Program-made: the position numbers and the translations under genes
Shown: positions 10,148-20,305 of the stretch, piece by piece
Layout: the number at the start of each line of letters is the position of its first letter
Position numbering within the stretch: the first letter of the stretch is position 1
Notes under the pieces: model-generated
Seen by the model: the letters and a program-made list of their open reading frames with translations, nothing else
The model's database searches: none
Told to the model about the DNA's origin: nothing
Source: an uncultured Nitrospiraceae bacterium
GTDB taxonomy: Bacteria > Nitrospirota > Thermodesulfovibrionia > Thermodesulfovibrionales > SM23-35
DNA: 64,000 nucleotides
Direction: 5' to 3'
NCBI GenBank assembly: GCA_963727775.1
Contig: CAVSHB010000001.1
Coordinates: 608,001-672,000 of the forward strand

Positions 10148-10191
10148 CCACCCTGTCCCGCAGGATTGCGGGAATCCCTCCCCGGGAGCCA
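10113..10191 (+). pseudogene. tRNA-Asn-like relic disrupted by two hairpins
   Basis: D-arm TCAGTCGGCAGAG, anticodon 3' half TTAACCACC, 3' end GAATCCCTCCCCGGGAGCCA. The 5' acceptor strand and GTTC T-loop are missing. Confidence 0.6.
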
Positions 10192-10485
10192 ATAATCTTA
10201 GAGTTAATATAACAGGGCTTAACAATTAAATTAACACGATCGGTAATTCACTAATTTTCTGCGGCGTAATATTCATCAGCACAATAAGTCTTATCTGTGC
10301 AACACTACTTCCTAAAATCCGTACTTCACAAAACACGCAAAATGTTGTAGGTTATATTCGGTAATTTATAAAAGAAGGGATATCCGCAAAGTAGTTCGGA
10401 TATAGCACTAAAAATGGTGGATTAGACGTACTTCATATATTCGGATAGACCGAATGTTAGGCATGATGCTTGTAAGGAGTGACAG

Positions 10486-11460
10486 ATGTTAAAAATATTG
10501 TATAACTCAAGTCAGATTAGAAAAGAAATTACCAGACTTTTTTCTGCACCGCGTTGCCGAAGAGTTGCTATAGTAGCTTTTGTTGGTGATGGTGCAGAAT
10601 CTTATTTGCCAAAACCAAAAGGATTGCATTTGATTTGCTGGCCAAAAGCAGGCGGTACTAATCCAAATGCTATTCGTCAACTCATAAAACGTAACGTTAA
10701 GGTTTCTTTTGTGGATTCCCTACATATGAAAGTATATTGGGCAGAAGGTCGGGGTGCAATAATAACTTCTGCAAACCTTTCCACAAATGCTCTTGGTTCT
10801 GGAGACTTAAAGGAGGTCGGGGTTCTTTTATCAGATGAAGACCTTGATATCGATTATTTGATTTCGTCTTTAAAATTGCGCAATCCATCAAAAAAGGAAT
10901 TATCAAATTTAGACCGTCTGCACGATTTGTTTTATGTTAAAAATCCCCCTATGCGTAAAAAGAGACATGTCCCGACATTCAAGACATGGTATCAATCAAT
11001 CGCCCCTCGCCTGTGGAAACTCGGCTGGGCAGATGAGCGCGGAACCTTCTCTCGATCAGCAAAGGAAATTGCAAAACAAGATTACGGTCTTTCGCCCTAC
11101 TGGTTTGTCGCCTGCAAAAAGAATGATTTTAGAAAAGAAGACTGGGTTCTAACATTTATGCTCCAAAATAATGCTGCAACAGAACTTGCCTGGATGTTTG
11201 TTGATTACATTGTGCCTGTAGCTAAGAATGACAAACGTGCTTATTCGTCAGAGTATCCTTTTCAAGCAGTTCAAGTTGGCAAACGAAGTCGTTATCCGAT
11301 TCCACCATTCGGAATTGATACAGTTTTTCGAAAAGCGTTCACAAAAGCTATTAAAGAAATTGGAGGTTCAGAAAGAGTAGAAGCACTAAAATCTATGAAA
11401 CCACCGAAAACATTAGTTAAATTAATTGCAAATACTACGCTTAAAAGGAGTTCTATTTGA
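10486..11460 (+). CDS. PLD (HKD)-family nuclease, restriction-endonuclease-like
   Basis: AIVAFVG, LHMKVYWAE (HxKx4E), TSANLS...KEVG; uncharacterised C-terminal half. Confidence 0.8.
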   Translation: MLKILYNSSQIRKEITRLFSAPRCRRVAIVAFVGDGAESYLPKPKGLHLICWPKAGGTNPNAIRQLIKRNVKVSFVDSLHMKVYWAEGRGAIITSANLSTNALGSGDLKEVGVLLSDEDLDIDYLISSLKLRNPSKKELSNLDRLHDLFYVKNPPMRKKRHVPTFKTWYQSIAPRLWKLGWADERGTFSRSAKEIAKQDYGLSPYWFVACKKNDFRKEDWVLTFMLQNNAATELAWMFVDYIVPVAKNDKRAYSSEYPFQAVQVGKRSRYPIPPFGIDTVFRKAFTKAIKEIGGSERVEALKSMKPPKTLVKLIANTTLKRSSI

Positions 11461-11548
11461 ACCATGCTCGACACTTCATTTAACAGGCAGTTTTGCGACG
11501 TTCCAATATCCAGATGCGCCTGTGCTATATTCTTTTATTAGGTGAACG

Positions 11549-12265
11549 ATGAAACCTGATGAAGTCAAAAAAATATTGGAAGCTATCGTTACTACTTTTG
11601 GGCCATTCTTAGGCGCTCTTCTTATATTTACAGTGCTCGTAATTTGCGTTATCTTGTACTTTTTTAAAAAACGTATCGAATCTATTGCAGACGAAATATC
11701 GAAAAAGGCTGTTACTGAATTTGGCAAGAAATTGGATTTGGCTTTTCGAGACGAAGCTTTAAGGATTGATTTGCAGAGCCACCTCGGGAAAACATCAATT
11801 GATAAGAAGCTTACGTTGTATGAAGAGGTTTATTCATTATACTTTGACTATCAGAAGTCATGGACATTTAAGAAAGAAACTCCTCAAGAAGACATTCGGG
11901 CACTTTGGAGTAAGATTCTGCAGATGAGGCAAAAAATATTTTTGAACTCTATATATCTTGGCGGTTACTTGACAGATAATCTTCTGAAAGCAGTTATTTC
12001 AATGCACACTCTCTTAGAGGATAAGGTCGCCAATATTAATAATCCCCTGATAAAATATTTCCCTTCATATGTTCATTCCGATAAAACCCTCTTTTCAGAA
12101 GAAGAAAGACTCGGAGAATATTTGGACAAGTCCAGAACATGGCTGTACGAGAATTTGTTGACAGACCAAAATATAAGAATGTACGACTTCACGGATAACC
12201 AGAAAAACTTCCTGAGAGAAGAAAGAGAGAAGATTTTTCACCCAAGCCATGAATACGGCGCATAG
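11549..12265 (+). CDS. Hypothetical membrane-anchored helical protein
   Basis: One N-terminal hydrophobic helix followed by a helical soluble region; AT-rich. Confidence 0.65.
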   Translation: MKPDEVKKILEAIVTTFGPFLGALLIFTVLVICVILYFFKKRIESIADEISKKAVTEFGKKLDLAFRDEALRIDLQSHLGKTSIDKKLTLYEEVYSLYFDYQKSWTFKKETPQEDIRALWSKILQMRQKIFLNSIYLGGYLTDNLLKAVISMHTLLEDKVANINNPLIKYFPSYVHSDKTLFSEEERLGEYLDKSRTWLYENLLTDQNIRMYDFTDNQKNFLREEREKIFHPSHEYGA

Positions 12266-12637
12266 CATGGTGCAAGAGATTAACGTCCAAACCATTTGGG
12301 CTTTTTTTGAACTGTGAACGTTCATTTGTACCGGAAATTTTCATTTTTCACCACCTCTTGATTGTTCTGATTTGTAGGTGAAGTCCATAAACAACGGGTG
12401 TTTGTTATGGGTGTTAAACTATTCCTTCGCTGGAAGGACCTATCTTCTTGCTATTTGAGTGGCATGGTTATATCCTGCAAGGTGAATATAGATAAACGTG
12501 ACGATTCTGCATCAGATGCATAGTTTAATGTCCCTTTCTTATATTGCAAAAATATTACTATGATAGTAAATTCAAATAAGAAAGGAGGACAAAGGTTTTT
12601 CGGCTGCAACTATTCGGATTACACCTTCTGAAAAATA

Positions 12638-13945
12638 ATGAACCGGTACAGAGCTGAATATAAAAAGAAATTGACATCTCCGCAAAAGGCGGTGGAAAGA
12701 ATAAAAAATGGCGATACTATTATTCACAGCGTTACATTAACTGAACCACCTGCTCTTTTGAACGCCATCGCTGATAGGGCAAGAGCAGGAGATATTAAAG
12801 GGATTAAGATATACTCCTTTAATCCATCCGTGTATGCTGAAAAGTCTTACTTCTCTGTAGATCTTTGTGATTGTATCGAAACATATTCATGGTTTGTCAG
12901 CAAAACAGCCAGGAACCAGGTTGCCGTTGGACTCTGTCAGTATATACCATCATATCTTCACCAAGTCCCTAAATTCATACAGGAAAATATGACTGTTGAT
13001 GTCACTGTTACAACTGTCTCGCCGATGGACAACGCCGGTTTTTTCAGCCTTGGCCTGGCCAACCCATTCACATCAATCGCTGCAAGACAAAGCAAAATGT
13101 TTATCGTTGAAGTTAATAAAAACATGCCCCGTGTTTTTGGCGATTGCCTTGTGCATATTTCTGAGGTAGATGCAATAGCAGAAAATCATGTTCCACTTCT
13201 GGATTTACCGCTGCCCGAGCCAAAACCTGAAGATGAAATTATAGGTAAGCAAATGGTTGAATTGATACCTGACGGAGCTGCTCTTCAGTTGGGAATCGGC
13301 ACCCTCCCGAACGCTATATGCCCATTCCTTACAGGGCATAAAGACCTCGGAATTCATACAGAGCTTCTTGGTCCCGGAATGGTAGAACTTATTAAAAATG
13401 GCGTTATTAACGGGCGCAGGAAAACTCTCCACCGCCGAAAGCACATTTTTTCTGTCTGTTACGGCAGGAAGGACACCTTTGATTTTATGGACGATAATCC
13501 GAGTATGGAATGTTATCCTTCTTCTTATGTTATGGATCCGTCTGTTATTTCTAAAAACGATAATATGATAGCTATCAATTCTATTATCGAAGTAGATCTG
13601 ACAGGTCAATGCAATGCCGAGTTTCTGGGAGGATTTCAATACAGCGGTACCGGCGGTCAACTGGATTTTGTCAGGGGAGCTTATGCATCCCGTGGCGGAA
13701 AGTCAATTATGGCTTTTTATGCTACCGCGAAAAAAGGGGAGGTGTCCCGCGTTGTTCCCCGGCTGGCGGAAGGGACAAGCGTTACAACTCCACGAATGGA
13801 TGTGCAATATCTTGCAACAGAGTATGGGATTGTAAATTTAAAGCAAAAGTCTGTTCGCGAAAGAGCCTTAGCATTAATCAGCATTGCACACCCTAAATTC
13901 AGGGACAGCCTGTTGCGGGAGGCTGAAAATATGCTTCTCATGTAG
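12638..13945 (+). CDS. Acetyl-CoA hydrolase/transferase (4-hydroxybutyrate CoA-transferase-like)
   Basis: LQLGIG, LGIHTE and SGTGGQLDFVRGA motifs. Confidence 0.92.
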   Translation: MNRYRAEYKKKLTSPQKAVERIKNGDTIIHSVTLTEPPALLNAIADRARAGDIKGIKIYSFNPSVYAEKSYFSVDLCDCIETYSWFVSKTARNQVAVGLCQYIPSYLHQVPKFIQENMTVDVTVTTVSPMDNAGFFSLGLANPFTSIAARQSKMFIVEVNKNMPRVFGDCLVHISEVDAIAENHVPLLDLPLPEPKPEDEIIGKQMVELIPDGAALQLGIGTLPNAICPFLTGHKDLGIHTELLGPGMVELIKNGVINGRRKTLHRRKHIFSVCYGRKDTFDFMDDNPSMECYPSSYVMDPSVISKNDNMIAINSIIEVDLTGQCNAEFLGGFQYSGTGGQLDFVRGAYASRGGKSIMAFYATAKKGEVSRVVPRLAEGTSVTTPRMDVQYLATEYGIVNLKQKSVRERALALISIAHPKFRDSLLREAENMLLM

Positions 13946-13990
13946 ACCCACAATTATTCGTCATTATGAAATAAGGCCGTGCGATTTGCG

Positions 13991-15934
13991 TCAAGACCGA
14001 TTTTCTGAGCCTTTAAATTCAATTACCATCATAGTAATATCATCCGACTGCGATACACCGTGAGCAAAAGAAACAACCTTTTCCATTATTCCCTCAAGTA
14101 TCTCTTGAATAGGCTTGTCCTGTAATGCAATGACATCTTTTCCGAGCCGTTCACTTGTGAATTGTTCTTCATGTTCATTCATTGCCTCTGTAACACCATC
14201 GGTATACATGAAAAGCGCATCTCCGGGATGGAATACAATTCGGTCCGTCTTATAATTGACCTGTTCCATTGCGCCAATAAAGATATTCGTCTCTCCTTCA
14301 AGCCATATCACTTGTTTCCCCTTTTGAATGATTAACGGAGGGTTATGTCCTGCGTTCGTGTACAATATTTCTCCTGTTTTCGTATCCAGAATCCCGCAAA
14401 AAACAGTTACAAACATACTGGAATCATTGCCGATACAAAGTTCTTCGTTCACTTTAGTTAAAAGTTCACCAGGTGCTATGCCCGGAGTAGCTATCGCTTT
14501 TATAAATGTTCTGGTCACGGCCATGAAAAGAGCTGCAGGGATGCCTTTACCTGAAACATCAGCGATGACGAAACAGAGGAGATTCTGATCAATGAAGAAA
14601 AAGTCATAGAAGTCTCCTCCGATTTCCTTTGCAGGTTTGATCGTTGCAAAGATGTCGAACTCTGTCCTGTCAGGGAATGGAGGAAATTTTTTGGGTAGGA
14701 TACCCATCTGTATTTCACTGGCTATTTTTAGTTCGCTTTCAATCCTTTCCTTTGCGGCAGTGGTCTCCGTAAGTTGTCTGATGTATTCTTTCAATGATGT
14801 TTTCATATAATGGAATGCTGCTGTGAGTTTACCTACCTCATCGCCTGATTTCACAGGGGGCAATTCAATGTCCAAGTCTCCCGTACCAATACGCTCGGCT
14901 GCTTCGGACATTTCTCTCAATTGTCTTGTAATTGACCTCGTATTCAGTATTACCGCTACTGAAAGGAGCAAAATACCCGCTATCCCAAGAAATATAACTG
15001 TTCTGTTGAGATGAATTATATCCTCTGTCAGTTCATCCTTTGGATAAATAACCCCGATAGCCCATCCACTTGAAGGCACGGGAGTATAATACATCCAGCA
15101 CGGTCTCCCACGAACGATGCTTCTAAATGGAACAAAACCCGACTCGCCTCTGATCATCTTTCTCCCGATTTCTCTAAGAAGGGCATCGCCTCTTCTTTCT
15201 GCCACACTGAATATGGTTTCGTTCATGATCAATTCTTTATTATAGTGAGTTATAACCGTCCCATTCTTTGAAATCAGAAAGGCATACCCTGTCTTTAGTA
15301 TCTTTATAGAAAGAATCATCTCCCTGAGCCACTCAAGTGACACATCCGCTGTTACAACACCCATGAATTGTCTCTTCCCTTTAACATTTTTATGGAAGGG
15401 GACTGAATAGGTTGCCATCATTATATTCCCGGACCCTTCGTCAAAATATGGTTCACTCCATACAGGGCGGTCCAGTTCTTTGGGGATTTGATACCAATCT
15501 GAAATGAAATAGTTATATTTAAAAACATCTTGTAAATTTTTCAGTCTTATCTTGCCGTTTTCTTTATAAAAATAGGGTGCAAAGGCGGGTAAATTATTAT
15601 CGAATGAATAATGTTCAAACGCTATCGTAGAACCATATATTTCGGGATTGTTTTCGACTGTTATTTTGAGAAACTGTAATAGTTCTTTTTTATTATAAGA
15701 ACTGTTTTCCAAAAAACAGGCCATGTTTTCTGTCACTTTCTGAACTGAACGGAGTATGGTTTCAATCCTGTTTGCGGTGGAAAAAGCAAGATTTTTCGCG
15801 TTCTCTTTTACATCCTTTTCTATCATCCGTCGTGACGCATAGTAGTTGTAGCTGAGAATGATCAAAAAAACAAGAGCACTGCTCAATGTAATCAGGACTA
15901 TGAGTTTAAAAGCTATGCCTCTATTTTTCAGCAT
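13991..15934 (-). CDS. Cache-HAMP-PP2C (SpoIIE/RsbU-type) phosphatase
   Basis: Two TM helices flanking a Cache domain (WY..PK, WSEPY), HAMP, GGDFYD, ADVSGKG, YTDGVTE, DDIT. Start overlaps the upstream ORF's end. Confidence 0.92.
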   Translation of the reverse strand: MLKNRGIAFKLIVLITLSSALVFLIILSYNYYASRRMIEKDVKENAKNLAFSTANRIETILRSVQKVTENMACFLENSSYNKKELLQFLKITVENNPEIYGSTIAFEHYSFDNNLPAFAPYFYKENGKIRLKNLQDVFKYNYFISDWYQIPKELDRPVWSEPYFDEGSGNIMMATYSVPFHKNVKGKRQFMGVVTADVSLEWLREMILSIKILKTGYAFLISKNGTVITHYNKELIMNETIFSVAERRGDALLREIGRKMIRGESGFVPFRSIVRGRPCWMYYTPVPSSGWAIGVIYPKDELTEDIIHLNRTVIFLGIAGILLLSVAVILNTRSITRQLREMSEAAERIGTGDLDIELPPVKSGDEVGKLTAAFHYMKTSLKEYIRQLTETTAAKERIESELKIASEIQMGILPKKFPPFPDRTEFDIFATIKPAKEIGGDFYDFFFIDQNLLCFVIADVSGKGIPAALFMAVTRTFIKAIATPGIAPGELLTKVNEELCIGNDSSMFVTVFCGILDTKTGEILYTNAGHNPPLIIQKGKQVIWLEGETNIFIGAMEQVNYKTDRIVFHPGDALFMYTDGVTEAMNEHEEQFTSERLGKDVIALQDKPIQEILEGIMEKVVSFAHGVSQSDDITMMVIEFKGSENRS

Positions 15935-16976
15935 GTACGGAACACTCTCGGCAGAAAGATTCAAACTCCGGTATGTCTTTTATAAAACCATTTTCTTTCA
16001 GCTCTTTCGCTACCCGTAAAAAATCGGCCTTGAGTAATATGCCGATAGGGGTTTTATTATCCTGAGGAGAAATAAGATCTTTTGTCTTTTCAAGCATCCA
16101 TTTCTGGTGCACTCTGTTTGCAGGAATGTTCACTATTGTCATGTATTTCAACACAATGTCAAGTGCCTCATCAGGATGAGCAAAGGCATATTGCCAGCCT
16201 TCAATAGAGGCTTTTACAAAAGCACAGGAAAGTGAAGGGTCTTTATTGAAATTGCTTTCAAGGGTATATATTCCGTCCTCAGGAAAATTCAGCCCATGGT
16301 CATAAAAGAAAAAAGTTGTCAATTCTTCAGGGTTAATTCCTGAATTTATGATAGTGTGGTATTCGTTATACCACATGGCAGATGCAACATCTACACCGTC
16401 TCTGAGGAAAAGATTGACTGAAGATGACTGGGGTATAACCCTTACTTTAAGATTATATTTTTTAAATAAAGCTTTCGGCTGGATTTGATATTCTGCGCTC
16501 CAGAGGCCGACTTTCTTGCCATTTATATCCTGAGGCTTAAGTATACCTTTTGTTTTTTTTGCAACGAGCATTAAGGCAGAGCGCTGTATTATTTGTCCGA
16601 TATTTACTAATTTTACTCCTTGAGATCGTTTCTGGATTGCCGTTGAAAGCCACATGGTTGCAAAGTCAGCTTTCCCTTTTTTAAGAAATTCTACAGAGGA
16701 ACTGTTAGGGCCGCCTTTGAGAATAGTTAAATCAATTCCATATTTTTTATAGATTCCCTTTTCATAGGCGACATAATATCCTGCAAATTGTGCCTGCGGC
16801 TGCCAATGAGGAATAAAAGTTACTTTCTTTAGATTTTCCCCCAGGCATGGAGAGATCATAAAGTTAAATATAATGAGCAACAGTGCGTATGTTCTCAGTC
16901 TGAATTTGCTTTTAATCTTTATTTTGAGGTGCATTACTCTTAAGCGGCATAGGCCAATCGACCGGATGCATCGCAT
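15921..16976 (-). CDS. NMT1/THI5-like periplasmic substrate-binding protein
   Basis: HWQPQAQFAGYYVAYEKG, SAMWYNE, FVKASIEGWQYA. True start is probably downstream of 16976. Confidence 0.88.
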   Translation of the reverse strand: MRCIRSIGLCRLRVMHLKIKIKSKFRLRTYALLLIIFNFMISPCLGENLKKVTFIPHWQPQAQFAGYYVAYEKGIYKKYGIDLTILKGGPNSSSVEFLKKGKADFATMWLSTAIQKRSQGVKLVNIGQIIQRSALMLVAKKTKGILKPQDINGKKVGLWSAEYQIQPKALFKKYNLKVRVIPQSSSVNLFLRDGVDVASAMWYNEYHTIINSGINPEELTTFFFYDHGLNFPEDGIYTLESNFNKDPSLSCAFVKASIEGWQYAFAHPDEALDIVLKYMTIVNIPANRVHQKWMLEKTKDLISPQDNKTPIGILLKADFLRVAKELKENGFIKDIPEFESFCRECSVHAEK

Positions 16977-17447
16977 TACTTTTCATGTTTTGTGTAATGT
17001 AAGAATTTTAATATTAATAATTAATTCTCTAATCTTGCGCAGCATTGAGAAACCCGGTTAGTACAGATTAGAACAAATGCCATTGCTGGATCTGTGCGTC
17101 AGTCCACTTATTCGCGTACAAAACAAACGCATATCCTCAGGTTGTTGCTATTTGTTAAAATTCGAAAGACTTCCTCCGCGCAATTCTCAATAGAGTCTAA
17201 TATTGGATGAACATTTCTATAGCTTCTATTTTTAATCCCAGCGGACTTATAGGTAAATCCAATAATGAGAGCTTGTTTTTATAGAGCGAATCCATATCAA
17301 CCCCCTGAAAAGATATTAACCCTAATCGTAATAAATGGTTCCGGAATATGCAATGGCCGGCTCTAAAGGGACGGGATCAAAGGGGAAAGCAACCTTTTCT
17401 GTAAATATCCCCACTTCCCCATCCAGGGTAAAATCTCACGGAATCAA

Positions 17448-17903
17448 TTATTGATAATAACCGCAGCCTACTACAATATCCTGATATTTTTCTACATATG
17501 TACGCTTCTTCTGAACCTTTTTCGTTACGGGGTTCATAAAGTCATACGAAACCCAGCCGCTATCGGATTTCTTAACGAGTTCTATCATCTGTTTAACGAA
17601 CTTTGTCTGGCTTTCGTCCTTGATATCCATATGGTTTTTTCCAACCCATTGGGGAAATTGGCCATGTGCAAGGACTGTGCCATCAAGTTTGTTTACGAAG
17701 ACATAGGTATCCTTGACAGTAAAACGCCCCTTTTTATTGCTGATTTCAGCTAAGGCTTTTTCACGGCCGACTTCTTTGATGTACGCAATAGCCTTTTGCA
17801 CCATCTCCTGTGCCTGTTTTTCTTTGCCTTCGCCCGCGTATGATAAAAGCGCAGAGGACAATAAAATACCAACAGTCAATAAAACAACACTAAACTTTTT
17901 CAT
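17448..17903 (-). CDS. Stand-alone periplasmic single-Cache domain protein
   Basis: Signal peptide, YVFV..LDG..LAH, GWVSY...NP..K...KRTY, VGCGYY; RBS GGAGG. Confidence 0.88.
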   Translation of the reverse strand: MKKFSVVLLTVGILLSSALLSYAGEGKEKQAQEMVQKAIAYIKEVGREKALAEISNKKGRFTVKDTYVFVNKLDGTVLAHGQFPQWVGKNHMDIKDESQTKFVKQMIELVKKSDSGWVSYDFMNPVTKKVQKKRTYVEKYQDIVVGCGYYQ

Positions 17904-18208
17904 GTTACTAACCTCCATTATTTAAAATTAACATGAATCATGCATCAGAACACGAGGTAACATAACACAAGAGGTTAAAACACAACAAGGCTTACATTTA
18001 ATGCGCCCGCCAGGCCGGGGGATTTTTTCGCTTCTTTTCAAAGAAACTTCGAGCGTTCGCAGAATATATTGGCTATTACGAGGCTGCATTAACCGTAGCA
18101 CGCTCTTCTATCACCAATTTTTCTTGAGGAGTTTATCCTAAATTTGAGTTATTGCTTTTTAACAGACCTTTATCTAAACTTTTATTAAACAAAACTGCAG
18201 GAGGAATT

Positions 18209-18544
18209 ATGGAAATAGATGCTCAAAAGAAAAAGAACGCTTTAGTTGTTTCAGCGAAAGGCAGGATTGATGCTATTACAGCGCCCCAGTTTGAAAACAG
18301 TTTATTTGATTTCATATCTAAAGGGGAGAATATTTTTGTTATTAATTTTGCTCATCTTGAATATATAAGCAGCGCCGGCCTTAGAAGTATTCTTGCAACT
18401 GCTAAAAAATTAAAAGAAAAAAAAGGTAAAATGCTGTTTGCCGGATTACAGGAGCCTGTTAAGGAGGTTTTCAGGATTTCAGGGTTTAACTCTATCTTTC
18501 AAGTATTCACTACCGATGAAGAAGCGCTTGCGACAATTGAATGA
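18209..18544 (+). CDS. STAS anti-anti-sigma factor (RsbV/SpoIIAA-like)
   Basis: GRIDA...YISSAGLR...VFRISGF; RBS GGAGG. Confidence 0.92.
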   Translation: MEIDAQKKKNALVVSAKGRIDAITAPQFENSLFDFISKGENIFVINFAHLEYISSAGLRSILATAKKLKEKKGKMLFAGLQEPVKEVFRISGFNSIFQVFTTDEEALATIE

Positions 18545-18960
18545 AAATTCTCTCGCAAAAAAAAATACCTGCAAGGCTTGATTATTTGAAGAAAAGCTTA
18601 GATTTTATCTCATCTTGCGCAAGAGATCAGGGGTTTAATATGAAGAAAATCCTCGAGATAGAACTTGCGGCCGAGGAAGCCCTTGTGAATATTTTCAATT
18701 ACGCATATAAAGGTAGAGAAGGGGATGTTGAGATTATCTGCAAGCTTGATAATAATGAAAACTTCATGATCGAGATAGCGGACTCGGGGGAGCCTTTTAA
18801 TGTGCTTTCTGTTGCAGATCCGGATATCCACGCTGACATTTCCGAACGTCAACCAGGAGGCCTCGGCGTATTTTTCATAAAAAAATTAATGGACGGTGTC
18901 CAATATAGATATGAAGGAAACAAGAACATATTAAGACTTATTATTTCTAAGGAGAAATGA
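18541..18960 (+). CDS. Anti-sigma factor Ser/Thr kinase (RsbW-like HATPase)
   Basis: EEALVNI..YAY, DSGEPFN, GGLGVF; ATGA overlap with the STAS gene. Confidence 0.92.
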   Translation: MKILSQKKIPARLDYLKKSLDFISSCARDQGFNMKKILEIELAAEEALVNIFNYAYKGREGDVEIICKLDNNENFMIEIADSGEPFNVLSVADPDIHADISERQPGGLGVFFIKKLMDGVQYRYEGNKNILRLIISKEK

Positions 18961-19149
18961 TATCCTGCTGAGGCGGCATTTGGGTAGAAGAGAATGTTGA
19001 AGAGGCATATGTCGTTGACAAATTGTAATCTTTATCTTACGATTTACACACGCATTAGAGAAGGAGGATTTGTTTGGAAGGATGTGCGGCAGTGTATCCG
19101 GCACCGGGCCTCAGGATAGAGCGTAAGAATCTTCGGCAGCAGATGGGTC

Positions 19150-20148
19150 ATGGCTAATAACGATCAGATAGCCATCCTGTTACAGGGTTCGGAGAGGTGG
19201 AACAAATGGAGAGAAGAAAACCGCGAAGCTGAAATAGATCTCAGCAATGCGGAACTGGATGGCGCCAATCTCTCTTCGATGAATCTACGGAATGCCAACT
19301 TTTCTCATGCGTCGATGAAGGGCGCCAATTTTGCCAACTCTGACCTGAGCAGCACGACTTTTGCGCTTGCCGACCTCGAAAACGCCTTATTTTTTTTCTC
19401 CACTCTTGTAGGGGCGGACATGAGGGGGGCCAACCTGCTGAACGTTTCACTGGAAGACGCAAAGCTTGCAGGAGCGGACTTTTCTCACGCCAACCTCACA
19501 GGCGCCATGATGGCCCATGCCGACTGCAAGAACATTGATCTTGTAAATGCGAACCTGACAGGTGCGAACTTGACAGGTGCGAACCTGGAAAGCGCAAAGG
19601 TTTCCTCCGTCGTCTATGACCGGAAGATTTTTTTCAGGACCCTGAAGAAGGTAAAGTTCAGCCCGGTGAAGATGTGGGGAAAGAGGTATGATCTTCTGCT
19701 CGGCACGACGTGTCGATGCAAGGGTGTCCACACGGCGTCGTGTTACGGCAGTCAGAGGTTCCAGCTTTTTCTTGAAGACCAGGATTATCTCGAGGAACTT
19801 CTGGAAACCAAATGGGGTAAACCGATAGTGTTCATCTGGTGGGCCCTCGCGGACTGTGGCCGTTCGATGATGCGATGGGCGGGCTGGTCCTTACTCTTCG
19901 TATTGTTTTTTGCCATCCTTTACTGGGAGATGGGAGCTCAACATTTCCATGTTGCGAACCTCCCGTTCGGTCTGATAACGATGGTGTATTACAGCATGGT
20001 TACCTTTACGACCCTGGGATTCGGGGACGTTGCTCCAAAGACCAACTTCGCCGCGATGCTGATTACCGCAGAAGTGATCATCGGCTACATAATGCTGGGG
20101 GGTCTGATCTCCATATTCGCGAATAAGCTGGCGCGCAGAAGGCGATAA
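19150..20148 (+). CDS. Pentapeptide-repeat protein fused to a K+ channel-like pore domain
   Basis: A(D/N)Lxx repeats at the N-terminus; YYSMVTFTTLGFGD selectivity-filter motif between TM helices. Confidence 0.88.
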   Translation: MANNDQIAILLQGSERWNKWREENREAEIDLSNAELDGANLSSMNLRNANFSHASMKGANFANSDLSSTTFALADLENALFFFSTLVGADMRGANLLNVSLEDAKLAGADFSHANLTGAMMAHADCKNIDLVNANLTGANLTGANLESAKVSSVVYDRKIFFRTLKKVKFSPVKMWGKRYDLLLGTTCRCKGVHTASCYGSQRFQLFLEDQDYLEELLETKWGKPIVFIWWALADCGRSMMRWAGWSLLFVLFFAILYWEMGAQHFHVANLPFGLITMVYYSMVTFTTLGFGDVAPKTNFAAMLITAEVIIGYIMLGGLISIFANKLARRRR

Positions 20149-20256
20149 GCGTACGAATTCTTCGCGGGACGGAAAGCGCGTACGATCCCTGCCCTTGCTG
20201 TCAGAGTCATGTATTTTATTGAGTCAGAGTTTATTACTTGCCTGCAATTGTAGCCC

Positions 20257-20286
20257 TTGACATCCATAAACTATTGTTTATATATT
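20257..20286 (+). promoter_or_regulatory. Promoter/operator of the ars-like operon
   Basis: TTGACA-N18-TATATT with TAAAC-TATT-GTTTA palindrome in the spacer (possible ArsR site). Confidence 0.5.
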
Positions 20287-20305
20287 AACAAATAATAGTA
20301 AAACG

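Noticed and set aside
10113..10191. Functional tRNA
   Set aside because: The 5' acceptor strand, 5' anticodon stem and T-loop are missing or replaced.
17120..17295. Short minus-strand frame MDSLYKNK... with an RBS-like sequence
   Set aside because: It stops after about 32 codons and has no recognisable homology.
17990..18110. Possible riboswitch upstream of the Cache gene
   Set aside because: Hairpins are present but do not match c-di-GMP or other aptamer consensus that I can recognise.
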